Below are positions 50,646-64,000 of a DNA stretch of 64,000 nt, one piece after another. The position numbers and the translations under genes were made by a program. The notes beneath the pieces are model-generated. The model worked only from the letters and a program-made list of their open reading frames with translations, did no database searches and was not told where the DNA came from. The DNA comes from Eledone cirrhosa (lineage: Eukaryota): contig OZ024740.1 in the NCBI GenBank assembly GCA_964016885.1, forward strand, positions 50,282,001-50,346,000, read 5' to 3'. Numbering within the stretch: the stretch's first letter is position 1; the number at the start of each line of letters is the position of its first letter.

Positions 50646-51205
50646 CATCATCATCGTTTTACGTCCGTTCTTCCATGATAGCATGGGTTAGACGGGTTGT
50701 CCTGTTGTGAGCAGTGTCCAGTCGGCTGACCTTGTCTTGCTCATACAGGAACTGATTCTGGCTTGATTTCTACAGCTGGATGCCCTTCCTAACACCAACC
50801 TCATTTACAGTGAGTGATGGATGCTTTTTTTCTGTGGCGCCTACACATCCACTTTACAGTGTGGGCTGGGTGCTTTTTTGTCGTGGCACCTCCACGACCA
50901 CTTTGCAGTGGGAGGGTGTAGGGGCATATTGTCTATATGCTTCAGCTTGTTCCTGTGGGGGGTCAAATCTTCTTTGTTACTGCGTGACACCAGAGGTCAC
51001 GGTCGTGTGTCATTGCTCTTAAGAGGAGCAATTGGGTAAATCGGCCATTATCACCTCATCCCAGGTCTTCTTGGGTCTCCCCACTCGGCAGCTTCCATCG
51101 ACTTCTAGTGCTTTGCACCTTTTTATGCAGCTGTCATCCTTCATATGCATCACATGTTCATACCAACGTAACTTCCTCTCCTGCACACAGCATTTTATTC
51201 CTTTG
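50645..51205 (-). mobile_element. 3' end of an RTE-clade LINE (family of 56500-58412)
   Basis: Inverse match to ~57870-58412; (GAT)n tail. Confidence 0.8.
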
Positions 51206-51207
51206 AC

Positions 51208-52929
51208 CTAGATGAAATGCAGTTCGGGTTTGTGTCAGGCAAAAGTACCACAGACGCTCTTTTCATTGTACGTCAACTACAGGAGAAGTACCTAGCTAAA
51301 GGTAAACCCCTCTACTTAGCTTTTGTCGACTTGGAGAAAGCCTTCGACAGAGTCCCCCGTTCCATTATCTGGTGGGCCCTTAGAAAACTAGGTGTCGACG
51401 AATGGCTTGTGAGAGCTATACAAGCCATGTATAAAGAAACAGTCAGTAAGGTTAGAATTAACAACGAATATAGTGAAGAGTTTAGCGTAAAAGTTGGCGT
51501 CCATCAGGGCTCTGTTCTCAGCCCCCTACTATTTATTATTGCCCTTCAGGCTATAACAGAGGAGTTCAAGACCGGCTGCCCATGGGAACTCCTATACGCA
51601 GACGACCTGACACTCATAGCTGAATCAATGGCCGAGCTAGAGAAGAAATTCCAAACATGGAAGCACGGCCTAGAATCAAAAGGCCTTAAAATTAACCTGG
51701 CTAAGACTAAAGTTCTAGTTTGTAGGAAAGAAAATAAGGCGGCGGTCCCTTCCGGGAAATGGCCATGCTCAGTGTGTAGGAAAGGCGTAGGTAGAAACTC
51801 CATTTTATGTCCCAAATGCAAAGTATGGGTGCATAAAAGATGTAGTGGGATCACAGGTAAGCTAACTAAGAACATAGATTTTACATGTGGCCGGTGCTCT
51901 GGTGCAATAAGTAGCAGCGAGTGCCCACAAAATACTAACTCTTTCAATTGCGCAGAGGGCTCTATAGAAATAGTGGACAGCTTCCGTTACCTGGGTGACA
52001 AAATCAGCAGTGGGGGAGGGTGCTCCGAAAGTACAGTAGCTAGAGTCAGAACTGGATGGAAAAAGTTCAGAGAGCTTATACCACTATTAGCCGCTAAAGG
52101 GTTCTCCCTAAAAATGAAAGGCAGGTTGTATGATGCCTGCATACGAACAGCAATGTTGCATGGCAGTGAGACCTGGGCATTGTGCGCAGAGGATATACGC
52201 AGACTAGAGGAACGAAGCTTGCATGCTCCGCTGGATGTGTAATAGTAATATACGTGAACGGCAAAGCATAAACGAACTAAGGAAAAAATTAGAAATAAGA
52301 GGGATCAGATGTTGTTTACCTACGTTGGTACGGACACGTGATGCGCATGAAAGTCGATAGCTGTATAACAAAGTGCAGGGCAATAAAGATAGACGGTAGC
52401 CACGGAATAGGCAGACCTAGAAAATCCTGGGACGAGCTGATAAACTCCGACCTCACACACTTACACCTCTCCAAGACAATGTCACTGGACCGAGACCTTT
52501 GGCGGTACTCAGTAATAGAGAAGACCCGCCTTACCTAAATACATAGTAAAACCTACTACAGCCAGTAGGCATCTCTAACAAAATACACCCCCGTCCTACC
52601 ACCCACACCCCCATCCACACCACCCCCTCCTATGTAAAGTTATGTTGGTGCTACAACATCCAGGCCGAAACAAATGAGATCGTGTAGGTGTCACGACAAA
52701 AAACACACAGTCCACGCTGTAATGTGGCCGTGTAGGCAACACGGTAAAAACCTCCCAGTCCCACACTGTAAATGTGGTTGGTGTTAGGAAGGGCATCCAA
52801 CTGTAGAAAACCTGCCAGACAGTCCTATGCGAGCAAGACAATCACTCTTGCCTCAAGTGGGAATACCCCCGTCCAAACCCATGCAAGCATGGAACACGGA
52901 CGTTAAACGTTGATGATGATGATGATGAT
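51208..52929 (+). mobile_element. 5'-truncated RTE-clade LINE with Cys-rich insertion in RT
   Basis: MQFGF, DLEKAFDRV, HQGSVLSP, LLYADD, LHGSETW; (GAT)n tail. Confidence 0.88.
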
Positions 52930-54407
52930 GCTCAGTCTCTCTCTCAATTCGTTTATACTTTGCTGTTCGCGTATATTACTATTACACATCCATCGGAGCA
53001 TACAAGCTTCGTTTCTTTCTAATCTGCACAAATCTTCTACAGACAGCACCCAGGTTTCACTTCCATGTAACATTGCTGTTCGTATACACACATCATACAG
53101 TCTGCCTTTCATTTTGAGGGAAAAGCCTTGATATGTGTATGTATATTACATATATGGTATATGCATATGCATGTAAATATATATATATATATATGTGTGT
53201 ATATCATTATCATGATATGTGAATGTATATATATATATAGATGTATATTATACTGTTACCACAAAACATCCAGCCCACACTGTAAAGTGATCGTGTAGGT
53301 GTCACGACAAAAAGCACCCAGCCCACACTGTAAAGTGGTCATGTCAAAGGCACGGCAAAAAGCACCCAGCACACACTGTAAATGTGCTTGGCGTTATGAA
53401 GGGCATCCAGCCGTAGAAAACCAGCCAGTAACTCTCCTATATGAGCGAGATACGGTCACCCAACCCAACTTGCCTCTAAATGGGACAAACCTGTCTAACC
53501 CATGTTAGCGTGGAAGATAGACGTTAATTGATGATGTGCAGCTCTTATCTTTATAATTCTTGCAGTCTGATATTTCTCATTTGAGATGAAACTGTTCAGT
53601 TACTCTGAAGAATTACATATTACATTTTTATACAATTGCAGTCTCCTCTCCTGAATACTGCACCTGATGCCTCTTATACCCATTTTTTCTTTCAGCTCAT
53701 TGATACATTGTGTATTAGTAGTATACATTGGGCCAAGGGAAGCCAGGCACCACCAGCAATGGCCCTCCCCTCCAGCAATAAAATAATGAACCCCAGCCTC
53801 ACACTTCACCCCCAGCATGACCATGTAACGAAGCACCCTAGTGCTGTAATGATATAGTGGTGGTGCCACTACGAAAGCACAGTCCACCCTGTAAGGTGGT
53901 AAAATAAGTGTCATGATAAAATGGTCCCAGTACACTCTGTAAAGTGGTTGATGTTAGGAAGTACATCCAGTCACAGAAACCAAACCAAAACAAAGCATAT
54001 GAGCAGGACATAGTCACCTGACCAGTTTGGCCTCAGTATGCAACAGCCATCTAACCCATGCAAGCATGGAAAATAGATATTAAATGGTGGTGATGATGAT
54101 ATATATAAGCAGAGGCATGACTGTGTGGATAATAAGTTTATTTCACAACCATATGATCTTCGTTTTGATCCTACTGCATGCCACCATGGACAAGTCTCTG
54201 GCCAACCAATGTTTCTCGAGGGAATTTAGTAGATGAAAACAACAAAGATGATCATTGTATGTGCGCATGTGCATGTGTCTGTGTGTTTGGTTGTCTCTCC
54301 TCTTCACATCTATATACTACTAAAACTCTGATTTTGATTGGTTGCTTGCTTGCTTGCACACACTTTATATATATATATATATATATATGTTCATATTTGT
54401 GTATATA

Positions 54408-55225
54408 CAGGTTGTCCCCCCAAAAATGTATACCCACTTTGATTGCCTATACATGCATTATTTGTTAGGATGGTGTATACATTTTAGGGACCCCGGTATT
54501 ATTATATATATATATATAGTGTCCCCGAAAAATGTATACACACTTTGATTACCTGTACAGGCAATATATATATTAGAATAGTGTATACATTTTTAGGGAC
54601 ACCGGTATATATATATATATATATAGTGTCCCGGAAAAATGTAAACACACTTTGATTACCTGTACAAACAATATATATATTAGAATAGTGTATACATTTT
54701 TAGGGACACCGGTATATATATGGTGTCCCGGAAAAATGTATACACACTTTGATTACCTGTACAACCAATATATGTATTAGAATGGTGTATACATTTTTCA
54801 GGACCCAGGTATATATATATATGGTTTCCCAGAAAAATGTATACACACTTTGATTACCTGTACAGGCAATATATATATTAGAATGGTGTATACATTTTTA
54901 GGGACACCGGTATATATATATATATATATGGTGCCCCCGAAAAATGTATACACACTTTGATTACCTGTACAGGCAATATATATATTAGAATGGTGTATAC
55001 ATTTTTAGGGACCCCGGTATGTATATATATATATATATGGTGTCCCGGAAAAATGTATACACACTTTTATTACCTGTACAGGCAATATATATATTAGAAT
55101 GGTGTATACATTTTTAGGGACCCCTGTATATATATATATGGTGTCCCGGAAAAATGTATACACACTTTGATTACCTGTACAGGCAATATATATATTAGAA
55201 TGGTGTATACATTTTTAGGGACACC

Positions 55226-55258
<33 letters not shown>

Positions 55259-55403
55259 TGTCCCGGAAAAATGTATACACACTTTGATTACCTGTACAAC
55301 CAATATATATATTAGAATGGTGTATACATTTTTTCAGGATCCCGGTATATATATATATATATATGGTGTCCCTGAAAAATGTATACACACTTTGATTACC
55401 TGT
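54408..55403. repeat. Tandem array of ~10 MITE-derived units (~100 bp) separated by (TA)n
   Basis: Unit GGTGTCCC..AAAAATGTATACACACTTTGATTACCTGTAC..GGGACACC matches MITE 41563-41657. Confidence 0.92.
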
Positions 55404-55909
55404 ACTAGACTACTCGTGACCCAACGGGTCACGAGTAGTCTAGTTCAACATAGCAGGCGGTGATGTTTGTTTATGCTGTCTGAAGAGAGATCAGGTTACT
55501 CAGTGGTTAGATGTCCAAAGATCTGCATCTTATTTATAAAACCAGGGTTGGCAGCATGAAGGGAAGCTGGCGCTGGCTATAGAGTTCTATCTCAAAATGT
55601 ATCAAACCCATGCCAGCATGGAAAAATGGAAATAAAAACAATAGTGATGGTGATATATCTATATAATCAAACATCATCATCATCATTTTATATCCATTTA
55701 CCATGCTAACATGGGTTGAACAGATCATCATGTTCTGAGACTAGACAAGTCAGACTATTTCTTGCTCATACGGTCCATTTTGGTATGGTTTCTATAGCTG
55801 GATGTCCTTCCTAATACATGTACTGGGGGCATTTTCTTGTGACACTAGTGCTACTACATTACAGAGTAGAATGGGTTCATATTATCATGATACCAACACT
55901 AGCACTTCA

Positions 55910-56089
55910 TAATTGTTTCTACTTTAGGCACAAGACCAGCAATTACCCAGTGCATTACTGGTACTTTATTTTATCGACCCCTGTAAGGATAAAAGGCAAA
56001 GTCAACCTCGGCGGGATTTGAACTCAGATCATAAAGGGACGTAACTATGCTGGAAAGCATGGCGTCCGACCCTCTACCGATACTGCCAA
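55910..56089 (-). mobile_element. tRNA-SINE copy
   Basis: Same family as 20353. Confidence 0.85.
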
Positions 56090-56457
56090 TGTGGACTGGA
56101 TGCATTTTATTATGACACAAGCACTACTATTTTACAGCACTGATTGGAGGCATTTTATCACAATACAACTTTACAGGGTGAGCTGTATTCATTTTATTGT
56201 GCTACCAGCATTAGTGAGGTTGTTGGTTATTGATTTTGCTGAAGAGTCTTCTCTACCCTTTGGAGGGAGAGGGAAAATGAGGATAACTTGTCATAAGGTA
56301 GTAAAACGGCTCTAGATTATAAACAGCAATTTTATCTAATAATAAACATATTCACTCTACACTCTTCATTGCTTTGTATTGAATACTTCTATTTGACAGT
56401 GGCTACATCTGATATCACCCATATAATTATATGTGTGTGTTGATGTGTGTGTATGTA

Positions 56458-56499
<42 letters not shown>

Positions 56500-56502
<3 letters not shown>

Positions 56503-58412
56503 ATGGGGAAGGCAACCGGTCCATCAGGTATAGCTGCCGAGATGCTGAAGGCATCTGTGTCGGTAGGTCACATTATAACCACACGTATTGTTAACCAGGT
56601 AATACGAGAAGGTGTCATACCAAAGGATTGGTGGAGTAGCATCATTGTCAACTGCTACAAAGGTAAAGGTGATGCACTAGATAGAGGAAACTATAGAGGT
56701 ATAAAGCTGATGGACCAGGTCATGAAAGTAACAGAAAGAGTTATAGCACAGTTGATTAGGGACCGGGTGAAACTAGACGAGATGCAATTTGGGTTTGTGC
56801 CAGGAAGAGGCACCACTGATGCCCTCTTCCTTGTGAGGCAGTTACAGGAAAAGTACCTAGCTAAAAGTAAGCCACTCTACCTGGCATTCGTCGATCTCGA
56901 GAAAGCCTTTGACAGAGTTCCACGTGCTATAATCTGGTGGGCTCTTAGAAAACTAGGAGTAGATGAATGGCTTGTGAAAGCTGTACAAGCCATGTATAGG
57001 GGAGCAGTCAGCAAAGTTAGGATTAGCAATGAGTATAGCGAGGAATTTAGCGTACAGGTCGGTGTCCACCAGGGCTCTGTTCTTAGCCCTCTCCTGTTCA
57101 TCATAGTCCTGCAGGCAATAATGGAGGAGTTTAAGACCGGATGCCCAGGGGAACTCCTGTATGCAGATGACCTCGCACTTATAGCTGAATCTATGGTAGA
57201 ACTAGAGAAGAAATTCCAAACTTAGAAGCAGGGATTAGAAAGAAAGGGTCCCAAAGTCAACCTGACAAAGACTAAGGTCCTTGTAAGTAGACGAGAAAAC
57301 AGAACCCAGATCCCCTCAGGGAAATGGCCTTGCTCAGTATGTAGGAAAGGTGTAGGTAGGAACTCCATTCACTGCCTCAAATGCAAACAATGGGTACACA
57401 AGAGATGTAGCGGGATCTCAGGAAGCTTAATTAAGAATGTAGGCTTCACATGTAGCAGCTGGGCTGGGACAGCAAGCAGCAAACAGCCACAGGAAACTAG
57501 TACCACCAATCTCTGGGAGGGCTCTGTAGAAACCGTAGACAGCTTCTGCTACCTAGGTGACCGAATTAGCAGCGGAGGTGGGTTTTCAGAAAGTACAATA
57601 ACTAGGGTTAGAACGGGATGGAAGAAGTTCAGGGAGCTACTGCCACTGCTAGCTGCAAAAGGCTTTTCCCTCAAAATGAAAGGCAGACTGTATGATGCGT
57701 GTATACGAACAGCAATGTTACATGGTAGTGAGACCTGGGTGCTGAAGGTGGAAGACTTACGTAGATTAGAAAGAAACGAAGCCTGCATGCTCCGATGGAT
57801 GTGTAATAGTAATATACGCGAACAGCAAAGCATAAATGAATTGAGAGAGAGACTGAACATAAGAGGAATCAAATACTGTGTGCGGGAGAGGCGGTTGCGT
57901 TGGTATGGACATGTGATGCGTATGAAGGATGACAGCTGCACCAAAAGTCAATGGAAACCGCGGAGTGGGGAGACCCAAGAAGACCTGGGATGAGGTGATA
58001 AAAGCTGACCTTACCCAATTACACCTCTCAAAGGCGATGACACACGACCGTGACCTCTGACGTCACACAGTAATACAGAGTACTCGACCCCCCACGGCTA
58101 CAAGCGGAAGCTGAAGCATATAGACAATATGCCCCCACACCTTCCCACTGCAAAGTGGTCGTTGAGGTGCCACGACAAAAAAGCACCCAGCCCACACTGT
58201 AAAGTGGACGTGTAGGCGCCATGGAAAAAAGCACCCAGCACTCACTGTAAATGAGGTTGGTATTAGGAAGGGCATCCATCTGTAGAAATCAAGCCAGAAT
58301 CAGTTCCTGTATGAGCAAGACATGGTCAGCCGACCAGACACTGCCCACAACAGAACAACCCGTCTAACCCATGCTAGCGTGGAAGAACGGACGTAAAACG
58401 GTGATGATGATG
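56500..58412 (+). mobile_element. 5'-truncated RTE-clade LINE, inactive
   Basis: KATGPSGI, NYRGIKL, LLYADD, in-frame stop at 57223; (GAT)n tail. Confidence 0.88.
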
Positions 58413-58478
58413 ATATATATATACACACATATATACATGTATATATAAATATGCGTGTGTGTGTATGTATGTATATAT

Positions 58479-58509
<31 letters not shown>

Positions 58510-59050
58510 CATGTATATATCAAGGAGCAAATACACCAAAAATACCTTGCAACAAGGAAAAATATTCTCTAAAAACAAACATACTATGTATTGAAAGAAA
58601 TGAGTTCTGCTGTCCTTAAATCATAAGTATCTGCACCTAGAAAGTAATTGGCATGATGCCAAATATATGTTTTCTAACAGCTGTTCATGTGAATTCTTTG
58701 TTTGCTTTACTTAACCTATGAACAAAGACATAAATCATTTTTAGCCAACATTACAGAGATGTCTCAATCAGTTTTTAGATAATGAAAGTATGTTTTTCTA
58801 AAAATATTTGTCTGCAAGTGTGTGTGTGTATGAGTGTGTACTTGAGTGTACATATGTGAGAAAAGATACTCAATACATGTAGTAGAGTTTATATATTCAT
58901 TTGACACAGACAATTCACTCCATAGATACAAGTTTCTCACATGTATGTGTTCACTTACAGGAAAAACTCCAAGCAGAAACAGAGTGGATGACTATACATA
59001 TGTGTGCATGTGTGTGTGTGTATCTTCATACTAATCTAACAGTTGTTCTA

Positions 59051-59206
<156 letters not shown>

Positions 59207-59336
59207 CTACAACAGAAATTAGTCAATTTGATGATGAATCAAAATATATATATGTGTGTGTGTGTGTGTGTAAATTTTTTTTTTTCCTTTTGATGCAACA
59301 ATGGGAATAATATAAAATTGAAACGTCTTTTAAATA

Positions 59337-59773
59337 ATTGTTTCTAGTTTGGGCACAAGGCCAGCAATTACCCAGTGCATTACTGGTACTTTATTTTATC
59401 GACCCCTTAAGGATGAAGGCAAAGTTAAATTTAACCTTGGCAGGATTTGAACTCAGAATGCAAAGGGCCGTAACTATGCATCAAAGCATGGCGTCCGACC
59501 CTCTACCGATACTGTCAATCCTTTGAAATCAGAACGTAAAGGGCCGTAACTCTGTACTGCAAAGTATACTCGATACTGCCAATATAATAATTGTTTTTAC
59601 TTTTGGCACAAGGCCAGCAATTATCCCAGTGCATTACTGGTACTTTATTTTATCGACCTCGTAAGGATGAAAGGTAAAGTTAACCTCGGCAGGATTTGAA
59701 CTCAGACCGTAAAGGGCCGTAACTCTATGTTGCAAAGCATGACGTCCAACCCTCTACCGATACTGCCAATCCA
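59337..59773 (-). mobile_element. Tandem tRNA-SINE cluster (two full copies plus one partial)
   Basis: Repeated A/B boxes and core. Confidence 0.85.
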
Positions 59774-60413
59774 GACAATAACGATGATTTCTAACACAGG
59801 CACAAGGGAAAAATTTGGGGAAATGGAACAATCGGTTAAATTGTTCTCAGTACATGACTTTTTTTTTTTTTTTTGTTTTTTTTATTGGCTCCTCAAGGAT
59901 AAAAGTCAACCTCAGCAGGAATTGTACTCAGAAAGAAAACTAACGTAACAAAAGACTGCAAGGCATTTTGTTCAATACTCTAACAATTCTGTCAATAATA
60001 GTAATAATTGTTGTTTCCAATATAGGTGTCAGGCTACAAATTTGGAAGTAAGTGTTACTCAAATCAACCACAATATTTCGTTGACTATGGAAGGAGGAAA
60101 GGCAAAGTTAATGTGAGTAGGATTTGAACTCAGAAACACAAAAAGCCAGAAGAAATATCACAAGGCTCTAACAATACTGCCAATCCACCACTCTTCTTTT
60201 TACAAAAGCCACAAGGCCAGATATTTGGGAGAGGAAACAGTCAATTATATTGACTCCAGTATTTGACTAGTACATATTTTATCGACCCCAGAAGGATGAA
60301 AAGCAAATTTAACTTCTGCAGGAATGGAACTCGGAATGCAACTAAATATCACAAGGTATTTTGTGCAACACTGTAACAAAAACAATAATAATAATAATAA
60401 TAATAATACTTAC

Positions 60414-60494
60414 AGAAGCACATGCCAAGATTCCCCAAAAGCCTACTTTTTTTATCATGTTGTGAATTCCAACCTTCGCTCGATCGAGGACTCC
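60414..60494 (-). CDS. VMP1: VMP1 coding exon
   Basis: GVLDRAKVGIHNMIKKVGFWGILACAS; 81 nt; ttttag / GTAAGT. Confidence 0.95.
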
Positions 60495-60959
60495 CTAAAA
60501 TAAAATAGAAAAATAAGCAATATGAAATAAGTCCTAACCATTTATATTACTTCTAAATTGTTTTTCTGATTAATTCTTAATCCTTTTAATTCCAACTTAC
60601 CTGAGTTCATATTTAAATTTAAATCTCCATTATTTAAATTTAAATTAAAATCCTTTTATAATATGAATGATATAGTTAGTCAACACGAACATAATATAGA
60701 AACATATAATAAAGATATTTAAAATATATTTTACTAAACCCTTCCAAAATATTGAAACACATAGGCAGTAGTCTACTCATTAGAAATGTATTCCTGAAAG
60801 ACTTAAATACTGAGTTTCTGGAAAATTATTATAAACAATAAAATAATAATTAAAGAATAACAATTACTCAAAACTAACTAAGCTTCATCTATTTTCTTCA
60901 GCAGTTCCATTTGAATAAATATTAAGATCAACTGCTAAAATGGAGTTGACTTTTGGAAA

Positions 60960-61528
60960 CATGTTTTCGCACTCAGAGTTGCTGAAGCATGGAACAAACT
61001 ACCTGCATCAGTTGTTAGCTGTTGGGACACTGCATCCTTCAAAACTTCCATGCTTCCCGAAATCCACCAACACTACTCCTGATATTCCTCCTCCATACAC
61101 ACACACACACGCATGTGCATGTATCTGTGTGTATATCCTGACATCTGTAGATTATTCTATGTACTACACATGCACCTTTGATGAGTGATAGTGCTCCTGA
61201 GCACTGTACACAATAATTTTCATTATTATTAGGATTGGCTGACTTTGCCTTTCATCCTTACGGGGTCGATAAAATAAAGTACCAGTAATGCACTGGGTTA
61301 TTGCTGGCCTTGTGCCTAAAGTAGAAACAATTATTATTAGGATTGGCAGTATCGGTAGAAAGTCGGACGCCATGCTTTGACGCATAGAGTTACGGCCCTT
61401 GCCATTCTGAGTTCAAATCCTGCCGAGGTTAACTTTGCCTTTCATCCTTACGGAGTCGATAAAATAAAGTACCAGTAATACACTGGGTAATTGCTGGCCT
61501 TGTGCCAAAAGTAGAAACAATTATTATT
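60960..61528 (+). mobile_element. CR1 3' fragment followed by an internally deleted and a full tRNA-SINE
   Basis: Matches the 3' part of CR1 48070-48490; SINEs at 61232 and 61340 joined at (ATT)n tails. Confidence 0.8.
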
Positions 61529-62712
61529 AAAATTACAGCTAAGAACTTTTTCTATTTAATCTAATTCTACTTGTCAAATAAATATGCAATTAGTGCTTCT
61601 TTATAATGAAACTAATATCATTTCCTAGCGTCAGTCAATGTTTTTATGAACATTTCTAGATAATAAAGATAAATACTACAATGCAACCAAGCAATGGTGA
61701 AGCCTAGACTTATACTAACAGCTAAGCTGAAAACATTAGGAGTTGCCTCCCTTGATTATTTGACGCAAAAATATTATTGAACTAATATTTTTGCATCGTA
61801 TTTAAACATATTGCAGTTATTTCTAGAGTTGAAAGCATTAGAAATAATCAAATCTACCCTTATATTATATAAACATGTGGTCAGCTCCCTCTTTTAAATA
61901 AAAACATTGTGGAAAAAATTAGCCCATGTTAAAATGAAGTCTCAATCAAGCTTCAGTAAAGCAGTAGATTACTGAATCACAATCGTGTAAAATAGAAAAT
62001 CAAATATAAACTCCTAGGTTATTAATAGTGATTTTCATCAAAATTCTCAATCTCCTCATGGGATACATTTTTATTTATTAATAAGACGAGGGTGATGAAC
62101 ATGAAGCAACAGAGAACAGAAATGAGAATGGCTCGGTGGATGGGCCAGGTATCACTTTCAAAGATAGGAAGACAAACAATGAATTGCAGAGGATGACGGG
62201 AATAGAGCAAGTGATGAATGTTGTGAAAGAAATGGAATGAAATGGCTTGATTATGTACTGAGAAAGAATGAAAGTAATTGAGTGAGAAAAGTAATGGGAA
62301 TGAATGGGGGGGGGGGAATGAGAAAAGCAAGAAAGACATGGCAAAAGATGATGAAGAAAATGAAAAGTGGCAGGAGGGTGCAGACGATAGAACAAAATAG
62401 ATTGTCATAGAGCTATCCCCAACTTTAACAGGGAAAATGACCTTCAAATAATTGTTTCAAAGTTATTGTTTTTGCTTTTTTTAAAAATCTATACAGCAAA
62501 CTGAATTCAATGGAGATAATAATAATAATAATAATGAAATTATTGTGTACAGTGCTCAGGTGCACTACAACTCATCAAAGGTGCATGTATAGTACATAGA
62601 ATAATGTACAAATGTCAGGAAAATAAACAGTGTATGAGTCATGATATAATAACAAGATGATTAAGATAGCACAAGTGAAATAAATAGCATTGGGTAAATT
62701 TGAATATTTATA

Positions 62713-63111
62713 TGGAGGCACATGGCTTAGTGGTTAGAGCATTGGCCTTGTAATCGAAAGGTTGTGAGTTCAATTCTCGGACCGGGTGATGTGTTGTTTT
62801 CTTGAGCAAGACACTTTATTTCACATTGCTCCAGTTTAATCAGCTGTAGAAATGAGATGATAGTACTGGGATCCCTATCATTCCACTGCAAAGTGGTCGT
62901 GGAGGTGCCACAGCAAAAGAGCACCCAGCCCACACTGTAAAATGGACATGTAGGCGCCACGGCAAAAAAGCACCTAGCACTCACTGTAAATGAGATTGGT
63001 GTTAGGAAGGGTATCCAGCTGTAGAAATCAAGCCAGAATCAGTTCCCATCCCACTCTTGAAAGCAGGGAAAAGCGGACGTAAAATGATGATGATGATGAT
63101 GATGATGATGA
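62713..63111 (+). mobile_element. Composite SINE (tRNA head plus RTE-like tail)
   Basis: GGCTTAGTGGTTAG A box, GTTCAATTC B box, 3' part shared with RTE 3'UTR 58140-58300. Confidence 0.8.
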
Positions 63112-63299
63112 TATGAATAGTTTAACTATCTTAATACCAAACCAATTAAGATTATCCATACTAAAGTATTCAAATTTAAATGAAAGTTTTATTACCGCAT
63201 GAAGGATAGATAACATGAGATTTCAGTTGATTGCTACCAGCCTAATTATATACCAATATAGCCAAGTGATAGACGCTGTAGAGGGTGGGCACGGAGTGC

Positions 63300-63542
63300 A
63301 GATGCAGCCTGGTCTTCACCTGCCCAACGAACGACACTTGAAAACGGCAATAAACTGGACTCCACCTGACGGCAAACGGAAGCGGGGTTGCCCCAAGATC
63401 ATATGGCGACGAACGTTCCAAAGAGACCTGATGGCAGTCAACATCACTTTGCACGGATGCGAAAAAGCTGCTGCTGATTGTGATCGTTGGCAACTACTTA
63501 CTGCTCGATGCACTGTAAGGCACGGAAGAACCTAAGGCTAAG
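63300..63542 (+). mobile_element. RTE 3' tip
   Basis: AINWTPPDGKRKRGCPK..WRRTF..HGRT*, CTAAG-repeat tail as at 22917. Confidence 0.7.
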
Positions 63543-63904
63543 ATACATTTACAGATATTAATCCTCCATTATGTTGAAAATAAATGAAACACATTTAAGT
63601 GGCCTGCTTACTAGAAATAGAGTTCCAAGGCTTCAATAGCCACTCTTTTTAACACTAAGCAAACTGTGATGAATTGAAATTATGACCTTCCATTAATTAG
63701 TTAAGAAGCTTCATTTCATAGATACTTCATATACTATTTTAATAATTTTATTACAGAAAAGGAAAATGAGAAACTTTTTGCTGCTAAAATGCCAATAAAT
63801 ATGAAAATCAGACAACTGCACTATATATAAGAAAACAAAATAAAAACGTTGTGTACATATAAATCCCTCCAAAGATGATTAATATTAATTAAATAATTAT
63901 GTAC

Positions 63905-64000
63905 CAATTCCCCAGGGTTGGCATTTCTTTCGCGCACCAGCTCTTCTAGTTCACCAAGTTCTTCTTCTTCACTCTCAGATCCTGAAAGACGGGATGTTCT
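63905..64000 (-). CDS. VMP1: VMP1 coding exon (partial, continues beyond window)
   Basis: RTSRLSGSESEEEELGELEEL.. resembles VMP1 ARLSG..EE; GT donor, phase 0 fits the next exon. Confidence 0.85.

Noticed and set aside
54408-55403. CRISPR-like regular repeat array
   Set aside because: Spacers are only (TA)n, the unit is a MITE, the context is eukaryotic and there are no cas genes

Overview
AT-rich, microsatellite-dense animal genomic DNA; the SINE/LINE repertoire suggests an octopus-like cephalopod (inference). Bases 1-18 kb are a head-to-tail array of five minus-strand Tx1/L1-clade non-LTR retrotransposons from at least two diverged subfamilies, separated by (TAGA)n/(GATA)n tracts and carrying covarying RNA hairpins in both UTRs. 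The rest holds RTE, CR1, maT, Tigger-, hAT- and Tc1-type relics and tRNA-derived SINEs. Six coding exons of VMP1 lie on the minus strand (45061 to beyond 64000), and a possible unknown plus-strand gene converges on it. The most unusual signals are: (i) the GATA-associated Tx1 array; (ii) (TA)n-embedded fold-back elements, some with minimal type-I hammerhead ribozymes (Penelope-like); (iii) a 483-bp direct-repeat-flanked insert with a compact double-pseudoknot-like fold at 23811-23927; (iv) a MITE amplified into a satellite that ends in a perfect hairpin plus CTAG. All pairings and alignments were done by eye, and no database search was run.
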